64,000 nucleotides of DNA from a virus (taxonomy: Duplodnaviria > Caudoviricetes), in the IMG/VR virus record IMGVR_UViG_641736227_000002; one strand, written 5' to 3'. The notes under the pieces were generated by a model that was given only the letters and a program-made list of their open reading frames with translations, was not told where the DNA came from and did no database searches. The translations under genes and the position numbers were made by a program. Positions 1-6,291 of the stretch are shown here, one piece after another (position 1 is the first letter of the stretch; the number at the start of each line of letters is the position of its first letter).

Positions 1-243
1 TTATATCAGTTCTATGTCCGTGATCCTGATTACAGTCTTGAGTGGATCACTGTTTTTCTCTACGATCTCAAAGCAGTAATTGATCCAATCACTGTCCGTG
101 ATCTGGATGCTCCAAGACTCCTGCGGCACGTCTCCTGTGCCGTCCCAGATCTCACCAAGCTCTATTTGCCCCCCCTGCTCTACATCGGGAAGGTTGTTGC
201 CAAACTGGTCCATTGCCTGTGCTTTTTCTATTATATTATTCAT
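1..243 (-). CDS. Small acidic hypothetical protein (candidate anti-defence protein)
   Basis: 80 aa, D/E-rich, GGAGG RBS upstream; last visible gene of the leftward operon. Confidence 0.75.
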   Translation of the reverse strand: MNNIIEKAQAMDQFGNNLPDVEQGGQIELGEIWDGTGDVPQESWSIQITDSDWINYCFEIVEKNSDPLKTVIRITDIELI

Positions 244-259
244 ATTTATTACCTCCGTT

Positions 260-700
260 TTATTTTTGTTTTTCGCCTAACAATAAGTGTCCAAGGCATC
301 TTGTGAAATCGCCTGTCCATGATAAAATATCTTGGTGCAGTAATGCGCCAGGGAAAAGAAGATCTAGGATAAAAGGTGGCTGAACCGGGAATGGCTCTAC
401 TTTGTCAGGAAGGGCCGGTTCAGCAATTTTCAGCATCGTCTTCCATATTTTTTTCGCTTGTAGTTTGTTACAAGCACCTGCGGTGGCTAATACAACATCA
501 CCACCGACTTTAATTGTCGCGACATAACCGCCTTGCTCAGTTGTCAATTCCATCGTTGCTCCGTCTAGCAACTCGATAGGATCTCCCTCATTAGTGTTTC
601 TGATCAAGTTTGTTAGGTATTCGATTGTTTCATTTCGCACATCTTCCGTACCTGATACTCTATTATGTTGCGTGTTTATCGTATAATGATTAATTTCCAT
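260..700 (-). CDS. Hypothetical protein (146 aa, start MEINHY)
   Basis: Start re-called at 700 behind a GAGG RBS that overlaps the end of the upstream gene. Confidence 0.7.
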   Translation of the reverse strand: MEINHYTINTQHNRVSGTEDVRNETIEYLTNLIRNTNEGDPIELLDGATMELTTEQGGYVATIKVGGDVVLATAGACNKLQAKKIWKTMLKIAEPALPDKVEPFPVQPPFILDLLFPGALLHQDILSWTGDFTRCLGHLLLGEKQK

Positions 701-995
701 TTTTATCGCCTCTTTCTTCTCCGAGCTCAATGTTAAAAAATCTTCCATCCTTGTCCGTTCCGAGAAAACAAGGTGCTCCGTCGTTATCATACAATAGCTC
801 GTTCGGGGTGTATACCCAACCCCATGGCGCAGTAATGACTATGTCAGTTTCGTTTTTTTCGACTTCCCATCCATCCGGTATTTTTACTTCTATTTTTTCG
901 CTAAAATCTGCCTGTTCAGATTTGTTTCCGTATGTATAAATCGTTCTTTTTTCTGCGGATAAAACACCATAATTTTTATATAATTCTATTGTCAT
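690..995 (-). CDS. Small acidic hypothetical protein (101 aa, start MTIELY)
   Basis: AAGGGAG RBS before ATG at 995; tight operon spacing. Confidence 0.75.
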   Translation of the reverse strand: MTIELYKNYGVLSAEKRTIYTYGNKSEQADFSEKIEVKIPDGWEVEKNETDIVITAPWGWVYTPNELLYDNDGAPCFLGTDKDGRFFNIELGEERGDKNGN

Positions 996-1019
996 GTTAT
1001 CTTCTCCCTTCATTAATTG

Positions 1020-1433
1020 CTATCTTCCAAAAACTTCCTTCTTTAATCTCATGCAAAGAGCATTTCCGCTAATTCTCATTTGTGTGTAAAAAGATCTGTA
1101 ATACTCGTCAGAGGCTTTGTTATTTTTGCTTAAAAGCTCAATCACATCACCTGCATAGGATTCCTTTGTGATTTCAACGATTTTGTTTAAAATTTCTTCC
1201 GCTTTTTCTTTTTGTTCTTTCGGTACCATGTTTAAGTAAGATGTAAATTCTGTGCTCATTTTTTCGATAAGTTCTTTTGCCCAGGCAATCTGTTTTTCGC
1301 TGCCTTTGAGTTTTGTTATTTTCATTTTCGCTTCCCTCCATGCTTTCTTCAATGCGGAGGAAATCGTTTCTTTAAATCTTTTTACCAGCTCCCATGCTCT
1401 TTTCATGATTTTTGATAAGTTATATTTTTTCAT
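1020..1433 (-). CDS. Hypothetical protein with MKKYNLSKIMKRAW leader and KGSEKQIAWA motif
   Basis: AAGGAGG RBS; first gene after the leftward promoter; paralogous N-terminus at 1894-2051. Confidence 0.85.
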   Translation of the reverse strand: MKKYNLSKIMKRAWELVKRFKETISSALKKAWREAKMKITKLKGSEKQIAWAKELIEKMSTEFTSYLNMVPKEQKEKAEEILNKIVEITKESYAGDVIELLSKNNKASDEYYRSFYTQMRISGNALCMRLKKEVFGR

Positions 1434-1487
1434 CTTCGTTTCCTCCTTATTAACTCGTTTCCTTTACTGTAATTATAGTATAAACCA
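1330..1487. repeat. Left arm of perfect 158-bp inverted repeat
   Basis: Reverse complement of 1840-1997. An extra ~24-bp inverted match pairs 1513-1536 with 1790-1813. Confidence 0.95.
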
Positions 1488-1505
1488 TTTTTGGTTTATT
1501 GTCAA
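1477..1505 (-). promoter_or_regulatory. Sigma-A promoter TTGACA-17-TATACT with palindromic operator ATAAACCA-N4-TGGTTTAT (1480-1499)
   Basis: Read directly; 17-nt spacer. Confidence 0.85.
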
Positions 1506-1537
1506 TTCTTTTTTAAACTTTTTTCAGTTTATTTTTG

Positions 1538-1566
1538 TTGACCATTTTTATTGTGTACTATATACT
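1538..1566 (+). promoter_or_regulatory. Sigma-A promoter TTGACC-17-TATACT for the HTH gene
   Basis: Read directly. Confidence 0.75.
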
Positions 1567-1587
1567 TATATAAAAGGAGGGAAAAAG

Positions 1588-1797
1588 ATGATTGTATATA
1601 AAATTGATGTAATCGAATCTTTGAAAGAGGCAGGATATAATAGTACGAGGATTTTAAAAGAAAACATTATAGGCCAGTCCGCAATGACGAAAATCAGAAA
1701 CGGTGAGCCAGTTGGAATTAAAACGTTAGATAAGATTTGTGAATTGCTAGATATGCAGCCTGGTAACATTATCAAATATGTAGAAACGAAAAAATAA
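1588..1797 (+). CDS. Small Cro/C1 (Xre, HTH_26-like) transcriptional regulator; Aca-like candidate
   Basis: AAGGAGG RBS; 69 aa MIVYK...TLDKICELLDMQPGNIIKYV, a typical HTH_26 signature. Confidence 0.9.
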   Translation: MIVYKIDVIESLKEAGYNSTRILKENIIGQSAMTKIRNGEPVGIKTLDKICELLDMQPGNIIKYVETKK

Positions 1798-1821
1798 ACT
1801 GAAAAAAGTTTAATTCTCCTG

Positions 1822-1850
1822 TTGACTTTAGACCGTTTTTGGTTTATACT
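1822..1850 (+). promoter_or_regulatory. Sigma-A promoter TTGACT-17-TATACT with operator variant TAGACCG-N4-TGGTTTA
   Basis: Read directly. Confidence 0.85.
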
Positions 1851-1997
1851 ATAATTACAGTAAAGGAAACGAGTTAATAAGGAGGAAACGAAGATGAAAA
1901 AATATAACTTATCAAAAATCATGAAAAGAGCATGGGAGCTGGTAAAAAGATTTAAAGAAACGATTTCCTCCGCATTGAAGAAAGCATGGAGGGAAGC
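1840..1997. repeat. Right arm of perfect 158-bp inverted repeat
   Basis: Reverse complement of 1330-1487. Confidence 0.95.
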
Positions 1998-2055
1998 AAA
2001 AAATGAAAATGGCAGAACTCAAAGGAACCGAAAAACAGGTTGCTTGGGCAAATGA
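1894..2055 (+). CDS. 53-aa leader ORF whose first 36 aa match 1020..1433; out of frame with 2003..2404 because of one extra A
   Basis: MKKYNLSKIMKRAWELVKRFKETISSALKKAWREAK, then a shift at the A6 run 1998-2003. Confidence 0.65.
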   Translation: MKKYNLSKIMKRAWELVKRFKETISSALKKAWREAKNENGRTQRNRKTGCLGK

Positions 2056-2404
2056 CATCAGAAACAAAGGAATCGAATTTTGTGAAAAATATGATTTTTC
2101 TTTTGCAAAACAAAAGTTTTGTGATATGGATTCATCAAAATGGTTTATTGATGAATGGAGGGGTCTCACTAGTAGAGGAAATAAATTCGGTATGGTAGCA
2201 AACCTGATGGAACTTAACATTCAAGAAGAAACTAGGATCATTAGAGAAAAGAATGGCCGTGCAATTAAACATAAGGAGCGAGTACAGATACTTGACTCAT
2301 ATGAAAAATACCGTAACATTGATTCAGAAGTCGATTATAAAATAAACGAATTTTGGAGCGATGGTCAATATTTATGGGGTGGAAGTATTTCCGGTCAGAA
2401 TTGA
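2003..2404 (+). CDS. Hypothetical protein with KGTEKQVAWA motif (paralogue of 1020..1433)
   Basis: GGAGG upstream of ATG; ELKGTEKQVAWA versus KLKGSEKQIAWA. Confidence 0.75.
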   Translation: MKMAELKGTEKQVAWANDIRNKGIEFCEKYDFSFAKQKFCDMDSSKWFIDEWRGLTSRGNKFGMVANLMELNIQEETRIIREKNGRAIKHKERVQILDSYEKYRNIDSEVDYKINEFWSDGQYLWGGSISGQN

Positions 2405-2415
2405 GGAGGATTAAT

Positions 2416-2898
2416 ATGAAATTTGTAGATTTAAATTCGGAAATAGAAATCATGGAAAAGTCTATTGCTCGACAAATTAAAGATAGTGGTCTCACTAAAG
2501 AGCAACTAATTCAGGCCAATAATTTTAATCATATTTATGACAAGCATTTTAGTAGTAAAGACAAGCGTGAAGAAGATAATAAGGCCAAAATTGTTTTCTG
2601 GGACCTTGCAGAATCTGCTATGAAATTTGATTTCAGGACAGCCATGAGCATAGAGAGACAAAAAGATGTTCTTGACGTACTCAAAGAAGCGCAGGAAGTC
2701 CATGGTTTTCTAGTATGTGCAAACTATACCTATTACGCTTTTTCCTCCTGTTTATTTAAAGATGGAAAACAAGTAATAGCTTACTCCTGGGATGCTGTTG
2801 CAAATTGCATTGAGGATGGCGGTCTGGAAATAGTTCCTGACTACATCAAAGAAAACGAGAGTTTCAAAAAAACGGTTGAAAATTTATTGAAAGATTAG
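2416..2898 (+). CDS. Hypothetical protein (160 aa, start MKFVDL)
   Basis: GAGGAGG RBS just upstream of ATG 2416. Confidence 0.8.
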   Translation: MKFVDLNSEIEIMEKSIARQIKDSGLTKEQLIQANNFNHIYDKHFSSKDKREEDNKAKIVFWDLAESAMKFDFRTAMSIERQKDVLDVLKEAQEVHGFLVCANYTYYAFSSCLFKDGKQVIAYSWDAVANCIEDGGLEIVPDYIKENESFKKTVENLLKD

Positions 2899-2915
2899 AA
2901 TAAAATAGTTATAAT
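2887..2915 (+). promoter_or_regulatory. Sigma-A promoter TTGAAA-17-TATAAT
   Basis: Near-consensus, with no credible ORF before the terminator at ~3017. Confidence 0.7.
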
Positions 2916-2920
2916 AAAGT

Positions 2921-3020
2921 AAACGGCAGACCCATATTGGGATTTAAAATATATGATAATGCTATAGTCATGCTAATTCTGCCACTAAAAAAAGCCCCGG
3001 ATTGCTCCGAGGCTTTTCTT
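2921..3020 (+). ncRNA. Putative ~100-nt small RNA resembling a solitary CRISPR repeat (crRNA mimic candidate)
   Basis: Own promoter and terminator; CCCA-TAT-TGGG hairpin followed by ATTTAAAAT; GGCAGA (2925) and TCTGCC (2978) can pair. Confidence 0.45.
2987..3020. terminator. Intrinsic terminator, possibly bidirectional
   Basis: AAAAAAAGCCCCGG-attgct-CCGAGGCTTTTCTT. Confidence 0.8.
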
Positions 3021-3048
3021 CTGCTTATTATACATCATTTCAGAGCAC

Positions 3049-3076
3049 AAAAAAGACCGGGATTTCTCCCGGCCCT
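3049..3076 (-). terminator. Intrinsic terminator after rha
   Basis: GGCCGGGA-gaaa-TCCCGGTC-TTTTTT on the minus strand. Confidence 0.8.
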
Positions 3077-3083
3077 GAAACTA

Positions 3084-3731
3084 TTAAGCTGCAATCTTTG
3101 CACTATTATTCTGCTGTATAAACTCTTTGATCTGGTCATATCCCCAGCCGCAGTCAACCAATCCGCTCACTAAACACTCCATAGACTGCACAGCTCTCAA
3201 GTCCTCCTCTAATAAGTAATCCCTAAGATTCTCCTTTTTATCTATTCCATACTTTTCACGGAGTTGTCTTGCGTTCATCCCGAATAGTACTTTGTAAATA
3301 CAATTCGTATATGTGGAATAGGCATGACCATGCATCCTCTCATTTTCTGTAGACTGCTGTAATGCCTTTGTGAGAGATTGCCGAACCGCAATACCTTTTT
3401 CCCTTTCGATTAGTTTCCCTTGTAAAGTACGTTCCATTGCATTGAACTGTTTTATATACGCCTCTTTAAATTTCATTGCTGTTTCGCCGGTGTAACCCAT
3501 AACCAAAAGAGTGAACCCATCTCGTGTCAAATAGTACATCGGCTGCTTATGCTTCTGTTCGTTTAGATATTTTGACTCCTCAAAATTTAGGAGTCGGAAC
3601 TCTTCACTACAACCAAGTTCTCGAATATCTTTTAATACATTGTCATGCCTTTTTCCAAAAGTATTTGCAACGTCCAAACTACTAACTACTGTTTTTTCCT
3701 GTTTGTCAATTCTTTTTACTTCAACTAACAT
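3084..3731 (-). CDS. Rha-family phage regulatory protein
   Basis: SSLDVANTFGKRHDNVLKDI...YYLTRDGFTLLVMGYTG..AMKFKEAYIKQFNAME; RBS AAGGA before ATG 3731. Confidence 0.9.
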   Translation of the reverse strand: MLVEVKRIDKQEKTVVSSLDVANTFGKRHDNVLKDIRELGCSEEFRLLNFEESKYLNEQKHKQPMYYLTRDGFTLLVMGYTGETAMKFKEAYIKQFNAMERTLQGKLIEREKGIAVRQSLTKALQQSTENERMHGHAYSTYTNCIYKVLFGMNARQLREKYGIDKKENLRDYLLEEDLRAVQSMECLVSGLVDCGWGYDQIKEFIQQNNSAKIAA

Positions 3732-3813
3732 TTTATAATTCCTTTCCTTGATTATTATTTGCATGTAAGGTAGTTAAAAAAATAAGCATACCGGAGGATT
3801 CCAGATGCCCATT

Positions 3814-4554
3814 CTATTTCTTTCTATTTTTGTAAAGAGCCGTGCAGGTCTTTTTCCCGGCATAGCTGCCTTTCTTCCATCCGAGCTGCTTCCAGTATCT
3901 TTCCAACTTTTTCTGTGTTGCTGGTCCCCATTCTCCGTCTACCGCAATGTCTGCACCAGATGCTAGTGAATTTAGTTTTCCCTGCATCCACCGTATTGCA
4001 TTTTTAGAGGATGTCTTTTTTACGGTTGTGTATTTTACACTTTGCCCTCCGATAGCATTTTTAAAAGTTTTCCAACCATTGTTGTCTGCTCCGATCCATG
4101 GCATAGGGCAATTCTTCCCGTTTACGTCCCAGTGCCGGATCACGTGGGATGCTGGAACGCCATATTTCTGCATTAGGAATTTTACCAGTTCGATTGTCTG
4201 GTCCCTAACATTTGCTGGCACTTTCCTAGTAACGTTGCACATCTCTACAGATAAGCTGTTTGCATTCGTGCACTTCTTATAGTAGTTTCCCGCAGCTCCC
4301 ACGGTGGAATAACAGCCGCCGACTGCCCAGGCCACCCGGTTTACTGCCACGGACTTATAGACGTATTTCCCGCCGTCTACAAAGTAGTGTGCGGACGCTC
4401 CCTTGGATGCTCCCTGGAAGTATTTACAGTTATTCAAGGCCGTATCTTTAGAGTTTCCGGTATAATGCACAACGATATAATCTATATCCTTTGTGCTTCT
4501 TTTGCCGCCGTAGTTGCTTTTATGGGCAAACTTCTTTTTAAATTTTAATGCCAT
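3814..4554 (-). CDS. Endolysin, N-acetylmuramoyl-L-alanine amidase (Amidase_2) with C-terminal peptidoglycan-binding domain
   Basis: IVVHYT, SAHYFVD, VIRHWDVNGKNCP; C-terminal VDGEWGPAT. Confidence 0.92.
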   Translation of the reverse strand: MALKFKKKFAHKSNYGGKRSTKDIDYIVVHYTGNSKDTALNNCKYFQGASKGASAHYFVDGGKYVYKSVAVNRVAWAVGGCYSTVGAAGNYYKKCTNANSLSVEMCNVTRKVPANVRDQTIELVKFLMQKYGVPASHVIRHWDVNGKNCPMPWIGADNNGWKTFKNAIGGQSVKYTTVKKTSSKNAIRWMQGKLNSLASGADIAVDGEWGPATQKKLERYWKQLGWKKGSYAGKKTCTALYKNRKK

Positions 4555-4587
4555 ATTTTTTCTCCTTCCTGAAAAAAAAGAGGACGA

Positions 4588-4791
4588 TTACTCGCCCTCC
4601 TCCGGTAACCCTGCTACGGATGTAAGTACAGATACAATCCCGGCCAATACCGCCGTGGACAATACCATTTTCCAGTCCACAGAGGACATTACAGCCGTGG
4701 TTCCTATCGTTGCTACTGCAGTCTGTGCCATCGTCTTAACAGCCCTGATTCCTGCGGCTCTGCCCCACTTCTTCCAATCTCTCATATTCAT
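4588..4791 (-). CDS. Holin (r1t family)
   Basis: RAVKTMAQTAVA...LTSVAGLPE. Confidence 0.9.
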   Translation of the reverse strand: MNMRDWKKWGRAAGIRAVKTMAQTAVATIGTTAVMSSVDWKMVLSTAVLAGIVSVLTSVAGLPEEGE

Positions 4792-4802
4792 ACCTTCCTT
4801 TC

Positions 4803-5087
4803 TTATTGGTCGATGATACTTTCTAATAGTTCATCTCTTATCTTTTTCATGTTTTCGATACCATTTCCTGTGATCTGGTGGTTTAGCAATGCAGCCAGGC
4901 TCTTTGATTGCTGCCGCTGCATCTCCTCTATCGCCACGATCCTTTTGTAATCCTTTTCCGAGTGATCCTCCAACTTTTCCACCCGGTTCTTAAATTTAAA
5001 GGCCGGGTGAATGACCTTGTAGATCACCGCCCCGGCCCCGCCGATTATACTAATTGCTCCGCACGCTGCTAAAATTTGTTGTAACAC
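4803..5087 (-). CDS. Membrane-anchored lysis-cassette protein
   Basis: N-terminal TM segment plus coiled coil; adjacent to the holin. Confidence 0.7.
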   Translation of the reverse strand: MLQQILAACGAISIIGGAGAVIYKVIHPAFKFKNRVEKLEDHSEKDYKRIVAIEEMQRQQSKSLAALLNHQITGNGIENMKKIRDELLESIIDQ

Positions 5088-5123
5088 TTCGCTCTCCTTA
5101 TGTCTGCAAAAGGCCCTGCGGCC

Positions 5124-5372
5124 TTACTGCTGTTCTGGTGTCTCTGTTGCCCTGGCGTCCTGCGCTTCGTAGAACTGCTGTGTAAACTCTGCGATTTCCC
5201 GCCGCACGCTGTCTTTGTTTGCTTCGTAGAGTTTTGAATCCTGAATGTTCTGGTTTATGTTGTCCCCGTCTCCGTTTTCTGCGACTGTGGCGTTCAGATA
5301 GACTACGGTGCGATCGGAATCCTTGACTTTGATTTCTCCGGTGAGCGTGATTGATCTTTTAGTTTCTAACAT
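5124..5372 (-). CDS. Small phage protein downstream of the receptor-binding protein
   Basis: AGGAG RBS; position in the tail module. Confidence 0.7.
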   Translation of the reverse strand: MLETKRSITLTGEIKVKDSDRTVVYLNATVAENGDGDNINQNIQDSKLYEANKDSVRREIAEFTQQFYEAQDARATETPEQQ

Positions 5373-5385
5373 CTTATCTCCTTTC

Positions 5386-6276
5386 TTATTTTGCTATATA
5401 CATAATGTTGATTGGTAACCATACATTGTTCGGCAGGGTCGAAGGATATGTGTTTCCTTCTCTATATCTACCGATTTTAATTGTTCCATCCGGGCTAACT
5501 TGGGTCATAAAAATTGCTTTCCCGCTGCCTTGGTGAATAGTAACAACTCCGATTTTAGGTCTATAATTTTCTGGAAGTTCCATGCCCTGAAGTAGAAGCA
5601 CTGCTTCTTCTCCATTATCTATCACGGTTTTATTTCCCACCAAACTTTTTGTCGTAAGAGTTCCCACAATATTTACAATTTTCCCAACATTACGAATTAC
5701 AAGCCCTGAACCACTGCTATATTCTGTGAAAGCCAGCATATTTACAGCTAAACCTTTCCATCCACTATCATTTTCTAAGTTTGTCAGCCTGTTATTTGTT
5801 GTTGTTTTGTAACTGTTTACGTCATTTCTTAAATTTGTCAGGTTAGTATCCATGGTAGAAATTCTAGTCTGATTTTGTGAAATTAAAGCCTGATTTGCTT
5901 CAATTCTCATATCCAGATCAGCTCTTGTATTATTTATCTCTGTAGACAACTCGGCACTACTATTTGTCTGCTTCTGGTCTGCATCATTTAGTCTCTCTCT
6001 TAAATTCGTAAATACAGTCCCGGCCTCATTTTGTCGAGCGTCGACCACCTCCGCAAGAGAAGGATTCGCCTGTGACATTTCGTCTAATAGACGGTCATAT
6101 TTTTCGTCAAGTGCATCCTGTTTTGCTGTATATGTGTCTATGACTGCTTGCTTCGCCTCCATATCAGCCTTGCTTTCGTCATTAATGCCTTTGATCCCGT
6201 CATGGATGCTCTGCCGAACATCCCTGCCAAGTACAGCATTTTTAATATTTTCTAAACATTCTTGTAAACTTAACAT
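5386..6276 (-). CDS. Tail fibre / receptor-binding protein
   Basis: EVVDAR..LRERL coiled stalk and a DSGW..GKIVNIVG..LPENYRP head typical of siphophage RBPs. Confidence 0.7.
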   Translation of the reverse strand: MLSLQECLENIKNAVLGRDVRQSIHDGIKGINDESKADMEAKQAVIDTYTAKQDALDEKYDRLLDEMSQANPSLAEVVDARQNEAGTVFTNLRERLNDADQKQTNSSAELSTEINNTRADLDMRIEANQALISQNQTRISTMDTNLTNLRNDVNSYKTTTNNRLTNLENDSGWKGLAVNMLAFTEYSSGSGLVIRNVGKIVNIVGTLTTKSLVGNKTVIDNGEEAVLLLQGMELPENYRPKIGVVTIHQGSGKAIFMTQVSPDGTIKIGRYREGNTYPSTLPNNVWLPINIMYIAK

Positions 6277-6291
6277 AATTCTCCTTTCTTA

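Noticed and set aside
1252-1797. 181-aa plus-strand ORF, and shadow ORFs 1566..1922 and 1912..2220
   Set aside because: These are antisense read-throughs of the inverted repeat arms. Only 1588-1797 has an RBS and a recognisable fold.
2937-3173. 78-aa plus-strand ORF overlapping the small-RNA candidate
   Set aside because: TTG start with no RBS; it runs through two terminators and antisense into rha.
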